From positions 67,766,001-67,830,000 of the forward strand of contig OX597825.1 of the NCBI GenBank assembly GCA_951406725.2: 64,000 nt of DNA. The letters run 5' to 3'. Of this stretch, positions 36,821 through 50,335 are shown piece by piece. This stretch comes from Octopus vulgaris (taxonomy: Eukaryota). The number at the start of each line of letters is the position of its first letter. Positions within the stretch are counted from its first letter, which is position 1. A program made the position numbers and the translations under genes. A model generated the notes under the pieces. The model did not search any database. It saw only the letters and a list, made by a program, of their open reading frames with translations, and was not told the DNA's origin.

Positions 36821-38811
36821 ATTCTATTGAAATGGTTATCCCTTTCGAGAGCTATTTTTGCATTCAACTATGAAAGCCAAGCTCTACAATTCGATATATT
36901 TGTTGTTTCCTTTGTTTATTTGTTTACTTTTTTCTTGTCTCTTGTTTCAAGTTTTGTTAAATGTGTTAACGCAACTCTTAAATGTCTCTCTTTTTTTTCA
37001 ATGTTTATATTGGGGAATTGAAAGAGCTGAACATTAAATTTCTATCAGTCTTTTTTTTATATCAGTAAGAGATTCTACGGATTAGTTTACATTAAGAGAT
37101 TTCATGCCATAGATACCACAATTAGTTTCTTTGCGAATCCCTGCCAGCGCAAGATTCTCCGCTGATTAGGAAATATTAAGTTGTGTGCGACAACACAAAA
37201 GGTTTACCTTGGACATGAAGGAAACAATTAAAGTTTTTAATACCTAATTTAAATTAAAGAATAAACTTTCCTACCTTTCTTTACCAGAATTAATCATTAG
37301 GCTAATGATTTTTCTTCCTCAATAAGTGTCTAGTTTTCATTAATTGAAATTGTTAGATTTTCTACTTTCAGTGTGACAGAATTTTTTTAACTGCTTAAAA
37401 TGAATTCCTTGATTCGTTTCTTTACATTTGTTTACTTTGAAATTATTTTTCATTTCTTCGCTGTCAACATAATTGCAGTTCTGCATCCCATTAGTCGAAA
37501 TCTGCTGCTCCTTCTGAATACATCTCATGCTTCTGAAAGAATTCCATAAAAGATCAATGCCACATTAAGGCATGGGCGTATTGAGCAGATGCCCACGGGT
37601 CTCATGGGTCTAAGTGCCAAATTCTGATCTGTGTAGTTTGTGGTTTGTTGCCAACATAAATCGTACATGTCCCAGAGGGGCTTATAATGCTACTAGAGTG
37701 GCCCGGCTAAAGATGATAACGAAGTAAGGAATACATAGGACAATGATAGAATATCTACTTAAATCTTTATTAGCATTCCAATATTTGTGATCAGATTATG
37801 AAGAAATTAGGAAATTAACTAAAACGTCCAACTATGATCTAATTCGTACAACGAGAATTCTCGTCCCATGAAACGTCGGTGTTGTTTCTGTTTAAGGATA
37901 TAAAGAGAAAGGAACTACGTCTATCTGTTGTAATATGACTATATATATCGTCCATGATTATCGTCAGTTCAAATGATCTGTGAAATCATAATCAATAGTC
38001 TATATTCTATTCTGCTCAGAAAACTTTTCTGTGTATTACTAACATATTTCGCACTTTGTTCTCTATTTCACACAGTTCTGGCGCACTTCTCACTTTGTAG
38101 AGAACACACCACAGCTGACTGTACTTATAAAGATTATAACGTGTTATTTATAAATAAAAACTTAAACAGATTATTTACGTACGCGAGTTGCCGTTTGTAC
38201 TTTATTATTTTATGCATTATTTTATAGCGATTACACATCTGAAATACTGATTTTCTGTTGCAATACTTCTGGTTCTTATTTTAACTCTCTATTTTCTCTA
38301 CTACCACGGGGGATATTTCTTTTGAAAATAAAAAGTTAATACTCTAAACTATATTTTTGTAATAGATGGCTCTGAAGATAGCCAGGTATATTTCCGTGTA
38401 CATTTTTCCTCTTCGCTATTCACAGGTTCTTTATTACTCACGAGGTTATAAATTATCAGTACAACGCTTTATTGTTATATCCGCCATTAAGTTCAAACCA
38501 TTTATGGATTTTCATTTCCTTTTACTTCTGTTTATTAACATTATTTATATAACTTGCATATAATTCATAAGTATTTGACATGTGCAGTTTCATTCACACA
38601 CACACACACACACACACATATACATGCACACACACACACACACAAACGCACACACAGTTGTGTGAGTATAATTGCTCTACAGGCATCTGATGCATTTTCA
38701 TATATGCATACTCTCATAGACATATACACATATATACATATCTTTGCATATATTTCTGCGTTTATATATATATATATAATTCATGTCCATTGTCCGGAAA
38801 TCATGTATTAT

Positions 38812-39211
<400 letters not shown>

Positions 39212-40003
39212 GTGTGTGTGTGTGTGTCTGTGTATTTATGTGTGTATTATATTTGATTAAAAATGATAAACAAAAGCTAACGCTAGATTTAATAAATGCA
39301 TTGATTGCTTATGGTCACAACACCTGTGTTACTCTGCAAGAGAGAAAGAGGAAGGGAGGGAGAGAGAGAAAGAGAAGCTAACAGAGCGAGAGAAAGACAA
39401 ACAGACAGGCAGAAAGACAAACAGACAGGCAGAAAGACAGACTAACAGATAAATAGTTAGACAGAGAACAAGAAAGGGAAGGGGTGAGAGAGAGTTATTT
39501 AAACACTCCCAAGATACGCCAGAACACTGTAATTATTGAAGCCATATTTGGTAAAACAATTTCCAGAAGAATGAACTAAATTATTGATAATATGTCTATG
39601 AGGCTAATCAGAACAATACACTGCTTTTGTTCCTCGGCGGAATTTAGAGATACTATAACTCATAAATATTTTTAAATAATGCAAATAATTCATATCTTGA
39701 CGAAAATATATTCTAGAGGAAATAGTGATAAACTATCGTTAGCGACATTTACATTTTAATTGCATTTCAAAAGTTTATTAGACAATGTACTTTTGAAAAG
39801 ACGTCTAAAGCATGGTCAAATGTCCAAAGTTTCTGACTGACTATTCTCGAAGGTATACAGGACAGAGTCTAGCCAGCGATTGCGAAATAACAGAGCGACA
39901 TCTGTAACTGAGTTCATAAAAATTAAAATATTGACTTTCGGGCATAGATCTCAGAAACATCGATACTCGATTTGTTCAAGTAGGCAAAAAGAACAAAGGA
40001 ATA

Positions 40004-40034
<31 letters not shown>

Positions 40035-40136
40035 TGTATGTATGTATGTATGTATGTATGTATGTATGTATGTATGTATGTGTGTGTGTGTGTGCCTGTC
40101 TGTCTGTCTGTCTGTCTGTGTGTGTGTGTGTATATA

Positions 40137-40509
40137 TCTCTCTATATATAAACGGCAGTTTGTCTGTCTGCGTGTCTGTGTGTCTGTTAGGTTGTACCCT
40201 CACCCTGACCACGGCTTTCAACCGATTCTGATGAAACTTGACACACACATAGCCCAATGTCATAATTCAAAACTAACGCAGCGAAAATTTTGAAAAGTTC
40301 CCCCAGTTCTGAAAGAAATCGATAAATTCGACATGGGGTCGAGAATCAGAAACACAAACCACAGACTGTCTAGGGGACGCAACTCGACCTTTCTAACTCT
40401 CAAAAAAAATTTACCATCATTTTTTTTCCATTTTTTGGCTATAACTCTCTAAAAATGCTTTATAGTTATTTCCCTTACAAACCCGAGCAACGCCGGGCGA
40501 TACTGCTAG
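40137..40509 (+). mobile_element. Complete non-autonomous Helitron
   Basis: A|TCTCTCTATATATAAA 5' end, subterminal hairpin CCCGAGCAACGCCGGG (40482-40497), CTAG|T 3' end, inserted between A and T with no TSD. Confidence 0.88.
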
Positions 40510-40679
40510 TATATATATATAGGGTTATTTCAGTTTTAGTCTACTAAATCCACACACAAGGCTTCGGTCGGCTATAGTAGAAGACTCTTGCCAAAGATTC
40601 CACAGAGTGGGACCGAACTCGGAACCAACTGGGAAGCAAAGGAAACTTCTTCCAAAAGAGTCACGCTTATATGCGTGTG

Positions 40680-40770
<91 letters not shown>

Positions 40771-40799
40771 GTAGGTAGGTAGGTAGGTAGGTAGATAGA

Positions 40800-40867
<68 letters not shown>

Positions 40868-40900
40868 TAGATAGATAGATAGATAGATAGACTGATAGAC

Positions 40901-40952
<52 letters not shown>

Positions 40953-41057
40953 TTTTTAATTTAAAATAAGGATGAAAATTGGATATTAATTTGATTAACA
41001 TCAATTTAAAATTAGTGGTCTAGTATATAAAAATCTGTAGGTTCAGTAAATTGTATT

Positions 41058-41233
41058 ACATAAATATGAGAGAGATGACCACTATTTGGACAACCCTTAT
41101 GCTAGAAGTAGATCCGCTATGGTCTTACCATTAAGGAATTTTCTTGAGAACATTCCTTAGTGGTAAGACCATTGCGGATCTACTTCTAGCATAAGGGTTG
41201 TCCACATAGTGGTCATCCCTCTCATATGTATGT
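41058..41233. repeat. ~85-bp-stem near-perfect hairpin (fold-back element) between (GATA)n tracts
   Basis: atatgagagagatgaccactatttggacaacccttatgctagaagtagatccgc...taaggaat is followed directly by its reverse complement. Confidence 0.9.
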
Positions 41234-41303
<70 letters not shown>

Positions 41304-41309
41304 CTATGG

Positions 41310-41695
41310 ATGGAAGCACTCCGTCGGTTACGACGACGAGGGTTCCGGTTGATCCGAATCAACGGAACAGCCTGCTCGTGAAATTAACGTGTAAGTGGCT
41401 GAGTACTCCACAGACACGTGTACCCTAAACGTAGTTCTCGGGGATATTCAGCGTGACACAGAGAGTGACAAGGCCGGCCCTTTGAAATACAGGTACAACA
41501 GAAACAGGAAGTAAGATTGAGAGAAAGTTGTGGTGAAAGAGTACAGCAGGGATCACCACCATCCCCTGCCGGAGCCTCGTGGAACTTTTAGGTGTTTTCG
41601 CTCAATAAACACTCACAACAGCCGGTCTGGGAATCGAAACCGCGATCCTATGACCGCGAGTCCGCTGCCCTAACCACTGGGCCATTGCGCCTCCA
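41310..41695 (-). mobile_element. SINE family C, long-tail variant
   Basis: Near-identical reverse complement of 20234-20618; flanking repeat aga(t/c)agactat. Confidence 0.92.
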
Positions 41696-42044
41696 CAGAC
41701 AGACTATACCAGTGAAAGGAAACCCTGTTAACATAATAGTTATTTAAAGTACAATGTTTATTTAATATTTCTCGTGAAGGAAACAGGGATTATTACGTCC
41801 ATATACTTTTCTAAGGAGAGTGCAACGTAAATCCTAATATCAAGCTACGATTAACCTGCAATCGAAACCAGGCAGCCATTGTCCTTCGCTTACAACTTAT
41901 TTCATTCGCTACGATATTCGACATATTTAAATACGTTTCTTACTTACAGACCAATCAGGAAACCACCAAGTGATTTGTGGCATGCTAGTAAAAGTAGCTA
42001 AACCTGCCTCATATTATACCCTAGCATTTTATAGGACTTCATTA

Positions 42045-42630
42045 ATGCTTAGCGGTATTTCGTTTGCCGCTACGTTCTGAGTCCAAATTCCGCCGAGGTC
42101 GACTTTTCCTTTCATCCTTTCGGGGTCGATGAATTAAGTACCAGTTGCTTGCATACTGGGGTAGATCTAATTGTCTGGTCCCCTTCTCCAAAATTTTTGG
42201 GCCTTGGTTTCAAATTTCAGCACAAGGCTAGCAGTTACGGGGTGGGTGCTAGTCGATCAAATCGACCCCAATGTTCATCTGGTACTTATTTCATCGACTC
42301 CGATATGATGAAAGGTAAAGTCGGCCTCGGCGGAATTTGAACTCGGAACGTAACGGCAGACGGAATGCCTGTTTCTTTACTACCCACAAGGGGCTAAACA
42401 CAGAGAGGACAAACAAGGATAGACAAACGGATTAAGTCGATTATATCGACCCCAGTGCGTAATTGGTACTTATTTAATCGACCCCGAAAGGATGAAAGGT
42501 AAAGTTGACCTCGGTGGAATTTGAATTCAGAACGTAGCGACAGACGAAATACCGCTAAGCATTTCTCCTGGCGTGCTGACGTTTCTGCCAGCCCACCACC
42601 GTGCCAATGATTCTACCAGCTCGCCGCCTT
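42045..42630. mobile_element. SINE B cluster: + copy (42045-42210) tail-to-tail with a - dimer (42210-42630)
   Basis: Family B blocks in both orientations; junction cagacggaatgcc|tgtttc at ~42370. Confidence 0.8.
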
Positions 42631-43479
42631 TGCTTAGTCTAATATTTAAAAAATGGATTTAAAAACTTTGTTACACATAGTAAAAGAAGCTACTTCCAAT
42701 AGTGAGAAACTACTTCCAATAGTATTCTAAGGATAGAGGTACTCTTTCAGTGAAAGTAAGTGTAAGTATATCGATTAAGTTTAGGATGACTTCTTTTGCA
42801 CATCAAAGATTTCAAAATAGACAAGTAACAGACATTCATTGAATATAAGAGGAAGCCATGATGTAGAAAAATTACTCTTGATTAAATAGAGATTTCAGTT
42901 GTAGATGGAATTGCATTAAACGTAATATCACATCAATATACACCCATATATAATGATGGCTGATACACATTTATACAGCGACACACTGTAGAGACATATA
43001 CATACTTATGTATATACAGACATCTTGAAATTCATGGTTATTTAACGACATAAATACACCGACAGGAACAGAGGTAAACATACATACAAATACGGATGAA
43101 AAGCACACAAACACTAACATATACTAACATAGCTTCATACAGACGTACACTGACACAAATGCACATTCAAATATATAAGCATACGTGTGTATTAATATAC
43201 ATATACACGCACACATGTGTGTATGTGTGTGTGCGTGTGTACAAATCTGTGCGGGTGTGTTTGTAAAGGTCTGCATCGCGAAGTGTAAGAGTGACGAAAA
43301 TATACAGGACAGGGTTATGATCCACTCGCAAGGTTTTGGTTGGCCTGAGGCCAAAGCAGAAGACACTTGTCCAAGGTGTCACACACTGGGACCGAATCCT
43401 GAACGATGTGGTTGGGAAGCAAGCTTTTTACCACACAGCCACGCCTGCGCCTATTAATTCCTGCTTCAAATATAAAAGA

Positions 43480-45195
43480 ACTCATAAATATACATGGAGT
43501 TCACTTGATGGTAGGACTTCAAATGAAATAGAGTTTTTCTACATTAGCAAAAGATGAAAATCTGCAGTACATGATGTTCGAACATATAGTGGTACAGCTA
43601 TCTCCCACCTCAGTACATCAATTTATTATTGGCAACGTTAAGCTCAAACTTTAAACGGTAAAGAAATCCGAAAGACCAAAACCTTTTGACATTACAAGCT
43701 AAAATACAGAAACATCATGAATGTATTTAGATTAGAACTAAATAACAAGTTTGAAATTTTAAATGACACTGAGGACTTTGAATTACAAAGCAACAAGAAG
43801 AAGTTTGGAAATAATCTGATAGCTGGAAACTCATTGATGAAAAGATCGCTGAAAAGAAAAATGACAAAGCAAGAAATACTTATAATTACTTATATATCGC
43901 CAATATTACTCTAAAGATAAAGAAGTAAATCTTGGTTGCAAAATTAATTGGAGAAAATTACAAAAATCGCCCGAGAAGCAGCTGTGAAAAATGATAGCAA
44001 AGCATTGCTTAGATTAACAACGGAAGTTGCAGAATGTGCAAATAGGAATAACATACCAGTGAAAGACAAAAACAGAAAAACTCTCAATGGCATCGGAGAA
44101 ATTCAGAACCATCAGAAAGAACATTTTGAGCCTGCGTTAAATCTTCCAACCTAACCGAAGTCCTACAGTTTAATGATACAAAATGCAACAATCATGATCT
44201 CTTTCTGGTTAATACTAATCCCATTGAAGAGATTAATAGGATGATCATACAACTAAAGAACAATAAAGCGACTTGTGGAAATGAATTTAGTGCGAAGTTA
44301 TTGAAATATGCTCAATTCCTAAAGCTGTTTAATAATAAATGGGGGAATAATTGTGAACCTAATACTTGGAGACATGTAACTACGAAGGGAACTTCTCTCA
44401 GTATAATGATCAGAGAGGTATCGAAATACTTTCTTTCACAAGTAAAACAGATTGAAGTCTGACATAGCCATCTTAGGGAAAATCCAGCTGGCTCCAGAAA
44501 ACACACATCTTGTGCAAACCAAATTTTTGTCAGGGGGGTATATTATCGAGAAAAATATTCTCAGCCGACCAGTCTGATCCTTATCTTTGTAGATTATAAG
44601 AAGGCGTTTGACAGCATCTATAAAGAGATTTCATGGAATGTCTCACGATGATGTAATATTCCTGAGAAGCATGTTAATATCATTAAGAATTTCTGCTTAA
44701 ATTAGAAATGTATATGAAAAGAGACAGGTGACAGTGACTTCTTTTCAATGCAGTCTACCTCCAGCTTGATGCTGATTATATAATACAGAAGTCACTAGAT
44801 CCTTATATGGACTCGTGCGGAACAATATTAGACTTGAGCTCATATTAGACTTAGCGTATATTGCCTGAAGACGAAAATAGGAATGTAAACAAATTACCAA
44901 CATCTCACCTAGTATCAATAAATAAAAAAAGTAGGTCTAATTATTAGTATTGAATAAGCAAAGTAATGAGTGTGGACAATATTCTCTCTTTTACTCTTTT
45001 ACTTGTTTCAGTCATGTGACTGTGGCCATGCTGGTGCACCGCCTTTAGTCGAGTAAATCGACCACCAGGACTTATTCTTTATTAGCCTAGTACTTATTCT
45101 ATCGATCTCTTTTGCCGAACCGCTAAGTTACGGGGACGTAAACACACCAGCATCGGTTGTCAAGCAATGTTGGGGGGACAAACATACACACAGAA

Positions 45196-45264
<69 letters not shown>

Positions 45265-46010
45265 TACGACAGGTTTCTTTCAGTTTCCGTCTACCAAATC
45301 CACTCACACGTCTTTGGTCGACCGAGGCTATAGTAGAAGACACTTGCCCAAGTGCCACGCAGTGGGACTGAACCCAGAACCATGTGGTAGGTAAACAAGC
45401 TACTTACCACACAACCACAGAAAAAAATCTAGATCTATATAGAATACAAACATCTGGAAGAATGCAAAGACGTGCCTTGGTAATAGCATCAGTTGTAATT
45501 GAGATTAGAGAAAGAAGTTAACATCAGGATTAGTAAAGCTAATAGTCACTTTCTCGAATTAAGAATCCGGAAAATTTACATCAATATGAAGATGAAAATC
45601 CAGTTTTCGAGCTGTTGTCCAGCATCATTTTCTTTAATCTTCTCAAAATTAAAGTAAGCTATAGCCTCTGACTATGGTACTAGATAGGAAATTGAACATT
45701 TTCAAACTAATATGCTTGCGTATGATACGTCACACTGCGTAGAGACTGTGTCACCAGCCTGGAAGTATAACGAAGATCAAAGCTCTCATGCACTCTAAGT
45801 CAGTTGGGAGCCAACTGGAGAATCAAGTGTCTTGGGCATGTAATCAGGATTAATCCCTCCTATCTTCTACACTAGTCTTTCCTGTGGTTCCCCCACAGAG
45901 TCCCAAGTAAGGAAGGGCTTCTGAAGAAGATATAACTGACAGGAGTGGAAGAAGAGTTCGCGTGTGATGATAAGAGATGGAATTAGGTTTGGAAACTGGT
46001 AGTTAACTAG
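43480..46010 (+). pseudogene. Degraded RTE-clade LINE (reverse transcriptase region)
   Basis: FRLELNNKFEILND, AREAAVKNDSKALLRLT..IPVKDKN..KEHFEPALN, IIQLKNNKA..AKLLKY, LRENPAGSRKHTSCANQIF, IFVDYKKAFDSI (44583) and KCLGHVIR (~45825) occur in RTE order, with many stops and frameshifts. Confidence 0.85.
44985..45420 (-). mobile_element. SINE family A inserted in the RTE remnant
   Basis: Reverse-complement match to 6527 and 63287. Confidence 0.9.
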
Positions 46011-46148
46011 AAGGCCCTGGTATCCCGATTTTCTTTGAAGAGGTGGTCCTAACTAGCGAATTGTTTATCATAAGGTTAAATACATTGACTTAACAAGAAT
46101 CGAAATTCAGTAAACTAATATTGTATGCCTTAATATCTAACATACGTA

Positions 46149-46530
46149 AGGCAGCGAACTGGCAGAAACGATAGCACGCCGGGCGAAATGCGTAGCCGCA
46201 TTTCAAATTCCGCCGAGGTCGACTTTGCCTTTCGTCATTTCGGGGTCGATAAATTAAGTACCAGTTACGCGCTGGGGTCGATGTAATCGACTTAATCCGT
46301 TTGTCTGTCCTTGTTTGTCCTCTCTGTGTTTAGCCCCTTGTGGGTAGTAAAGAAATAGGTATTTCATCTCTCTTTATGTTCTGAGTTCAAATTCGGCCAA
46401 GGTCGACTTTGCCTTTCATCCTCATGAAGTCGGAGAAATAAGTACCAGTTACGCAATGAGGTCGATGTGATCGACTATCCCCCTCCCCACAAAGTCCAGG
46501 CCTTGTGCCTATCGTAGAAAGGATTATTTC
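46149..46530 (+). mobile_element. SINE B dimer with two different tails
   Basis: Head plus unit, junction aaagaaata|ggtatttc at ~46357, then a unit with the alternative tail. Confidence 0.85.
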
Positions 46531-47704
46531 AAATATAAGTTCTATATCTATGAAAAGAAGTTCCCACATGCCAGACAACGATAAACCGCAATGACAAAAG
46601 AAGGGGAAAGGAAAACATGGAGGAAATGTAATAATGAAACAGAAATTTACATGCGCACCCTGAAGAATCGAATTTATGAGATGTCAAAAGACAACCGACA
46701 ATTATGCAGCAGACCTATATGTCTGAAAATTCAGCAAAAACGGAAGGAAAGAAAGAAAGAAAGAAAGAAAGAAGAGGAAATTCTAAGGTCTTTAATAACC
46801 CATTAGGATTCAAATTTCCAAAATATGCGAGTAATTCCTTAGATCAGCGGTTCCCAGTCATCCAATCATGTCTTCTTTTTTTTTGTTTTGGTGGGGGAGG
46901 TTGCACCTTGGACCGATTTCATGCAAGACAATTTGACCAGCGAATCATACGCATGACAAAAGATAATGAAGTAGATAATATACAATTTAATTATTATAAA
47001 TATAATGCGTATATAATACATATATAATGCAACAATACTCTTCAGACTTCGATAGTCAATAAAATAGAAATACAGTTTTAGAACTTATTCTTTCTGCATG
47101 TCCAAGAGCGAATGATCTACAGCCCGGTACTAGTCTGCAGTCCAGGGTTAGGAAACCCCTGTTTTAATTGATCCAGATATTTCACGAATATTACGACGGC
47201 TTAAGTCGGTGAGCTGACAGAATCGTAAATACGACATGCAAATATGCTTAGCATAATTTCGTTCGTCTTTACATTCTGAGTTCAAATACCACAGAGGTTC
47301 ACTTGGCCTTTCATATCCTTTCATGGTCGATAAAATACGTACCAGTTAAGTACTGGGGTTGCTGTAATGGATTTACCACATTCTCTGAAGTTGCTGGTCT
47401 TGTGCTAAAATTTGAATCCAACAATACGACGGCTTCAGAAATAAACGAAGTGTGAATCTAATGGGTTTTTTTTCTCTGTGTACTAAAAGAATTTTCCGTG
47501 TTATAATTCTTTCAGTTCTATTACATGATTGCAAATTAAGTGATTTGGCAAATGAAGTATCACTCCGAAACGTATCGATTAAACTTTGCGACGAAAATTC
47601 GAAGTTACAGTCAATTCTTCTTTAAAACAAATGCATATCTAATTGTACACCATTGATGCAGTACTATTTACTTAATGTTTCTTGTTCTTAAATATATCAT
47701 GTTT

Positions 47705-47752
<48 letters not shown>

Positions 47753-47760
<8 letters not shown>

Positions 47761-48420
47761 AAAAAGGGACAGGCAACAGGTTGCTTGGCCGCATACCGAA
47801 AAATTAGAAATAGCAGTCAAGACTGTTTATTTCTATTTTCTACAAGTGGGGCTACTCCTATGGAACTATTTTTGTAATGCGCATGGCAAAACTTTGGAGG
47901 GAAGATTTACGAATTCAAATGTCTATTTAGGTTTAGCCTATGCTCGCTTTCTTCAACTATTTTGATGTCGCATGGTCAGAAAGTTCGAGGTACGTAGCAT
48001 TTGATAAATCTATTTCAATGGAAAGCTGCACTGAAGACGGATGTGAAATATATATGCAATATATATGAAATATATATTAAAAATATATATGAAATATATA
48101 TTCAATATGTTTATAATCCAGAAACATGATGTTCGCAGATAACCGCCAGATTTTGTATTCGTTATCTATTCCTTCTGTTTTGCATATGTGAATTACAGGG
48201 TATGTCGTGTGTGGAGCCCCACTTGTAGAAAATAGAAATAAACAGTCTTGACTGCTATTTCTAATTTTTCGGTATGCGGTCAAGCAACCTGTTGCCTGTC
48301 CCTTTTTCTTATATACAATATATATACTGAACTTTACAGAAGTTCCTACCGTTAATCGGCTATATTTACATACCGAATTCTACCAGTAAATAATTGTGGT
48401 CTTTTTAAAAACCATTATAG
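47753..48420. mobile_element. Young fold-back PLE-type element in (TA)n with an HHR-like motif
   Basis: ~100-bp arms 47753-47853 and 48215-48315 with one visible mismatch; ~100-bp extension outside the right arm. Confidence 0.85.
48026..48138 (+). ncRNA. Hammerhead-like motif with AT-rich expanded stem II
   Basis: CTGCA CTGAAGA C GGAT [~73 nt, TA-rich] ATCC A GAAAC ATGAT GTT CGCAG. Confidence 0.55.
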
Positions 48421-48542
48421 AAATTATTTACTCTTATTATTATATTATATATATATATATAATTGTTAAAGAGGACAACAGGCATTAAGGCAAGGCAAAC
48501 AGCTCAAGTTCTATGCAATAATATTATTGAAAAACATTCAAA

Positions 48543-48598
48543 GTCTTACAGCTGTTTCTGGGATATCCCCAAGTATGGGATATTCCGTCACCAGAGAC
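48543..48598 (-). ncRNA. Minimal hammerhead motif of the Naiad-type pLTR
   Basis: GTCT CTGGTGA C GGAATATCCC atacttg GGGATATCCC A GAAAC AGCT GTA AGAC; A6>G change in the core. Confidence 0.7.
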
Positions 48599-49484
48599 AA
48601 ATAGGGGAAAATAGAGAAAAGAAAATGATATATATTAATGAGATGACGACATAGAAGAAGGGAGTAAAGGAATAAAGAGATGGAGAGAGAGAAGGGAAAA
48701 TAAGCATAAAAGTTTATAGTTCAACTTTCCGAAGTTATAGACACCAGAGCATGAGTCCTTAGGTGCAATCCTGCGTAGATTCATCTGGGTTAAACTCCTG
48801 ATATAGTAAACATCCAGAGAAAAAAAGACACGAGCATATCAACGTTCAATAACAGAACGGTAGCGGAGATGGTTATTAAGTGGTAAAAGAAAGAAAAGGA
48901 AATAAATAGGAGGGATAGATAGAGTGAAGGGGATATTTAAGGATTAGCCAGAGGATAAACTAAGGTGTGTAGGCTTATGGTCTCTAAGAATTGTGTACAG
49001 GGTAGCCGAGAAGATGAGAGAATGAGGAGGTAGAGGAAAATAAGGTTTTAAAAATAGAGCAAAATGGAAGGATTTTAAAGAGAGTAATAGGTGCATGTGG
49101 TAGTCTTAAAGTCTATAGGTGTTGGGGAGGAAATCTAGTAGTAAATACCTGTGTCTGTTCTGGCTGGGGTCTGTGGCCGTAGAGTTATTTTTAGCAATGG
49201 GGGTTATGAGTGTATAGTCGAGAATGGAGGAGCTAGTTGAATGTTAAGTTATTATCTAATTAATATATCTACTTCTAACTCCCACTTAATTAATGTTAGC
49301 TAAGTGGGGGTTAGATATTATGGGATTTATTTGGTTAAGGTTTAAAAATAAAGGATAAATGATAAATTAAAGATTAATAATATTTATCTCATAAAGTGAT
49401 AACGTAAGGTAGACAGAAGAGATATAGGAGATACGGTAGAAATAAGAGATATAGATATAGGAGAGATAGAAAAGATATAGAGGG

Positions 49485-49980
49485 CTATGTGTTAATGGTC
49501 ATGGGGGCTTGTATGTGGGCGCTATTCGTGGGGGTGAGCTTACATTTAAATCTATGAAAGAATTTAAAAGTGCAGAAGAATTTGGGCTTACACGTTGTGA
49601 AGACTTCGTTGTGTTTGTAAAGCAATTATGGTGAGTTGTGAGTTAAAATTTTGAGGGCTTCTTGTAAGCAGAGTCCACAAATGGAGTGCTGGCCCTAATA
49701 TAGGATACCAGAGTCTATTATGGCCCAGGAAAGTCTATATTGTATTTTTCTATTATTTAGATGTTGTACGTGGCTGGCTAGTGATGTGAAATTCCTATTC
49801 TTCTTATATTAAAAGGAGGTTAGATGTGCATAGTACCTTCGTTTAAAATTGGTGCTAGGACCAATTTAGTAGTTACAGGAGTTATTTACCATATTGTGAA
49901 CGGTGCATCGGTATATCCCGTTGAATCTTCTGCATTGCGCTTGCAGCGGTCAGTCAGTCTCGGAACTGCAGTTGCAGTTA
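49485..49980 (-). pseudogene. GIY-YIG endonuclease of a Penelope-like element, with in-frame stops
   Basis: Single frame: CNCSSETD*PLQAQCRRFNGIYRCTVHNMVNNSCNY*IGPSTNFKRRYYAHLTSF*YKKNRNFTSLASHVQHLNNRKIQYRLSWAIIDSGILY*GQHSICGLCLQEALKILTHNSP*LLYKHNEVFTTCKPKF. It shows CxCx5Cx5C, GIY...(Y)IG, the catalytic R and E positions, and CxxC. Confidence 0.9.
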
Positions 49981-50117
49981 TCAGTTCTACGATGGTTAAT
50001 TGGAGAGAGAGATGAGTTAGTGCTGGTAGTGGCTAGGGTGATATTAGGTGAATCGATCGTGATACTGCTGTTATTATTGCTGTCGTTTCTAGTATCGATA
50101 TCAACGCCAGCGTTACC

Positions 50118-50153
50118 ATTATTATTATTATTATCATTATTATTATTATTATT

Positions 50154-50194
<41 letters not shown>

Positions 50195-50239
50195 CGTCAT
50201 TATCGTTATCGTAATCGCTATTGTAATTATTATTATCAT

Positions 50240-50303
<64 letters not shown>

Positions 50304-50335
50304 TGCAGCAGCAGCCAGCAGTAGTAGTAGTATCA
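50118..50335. repeat. Compound trinucleotide tracts (ATT)n, (GTT)n, (AGT)n, (GCA)n
   Basis: Direct reading; lies in the open frame upstream of the GIY-YIG domain. Confidence 0.95.

Noticed and set aside
40228-40240. CTGATGAAAC inside the Helitron as a hammerhead
   Set aside because: No stem II between the boxes; it is ordinary Helitron body sequence.
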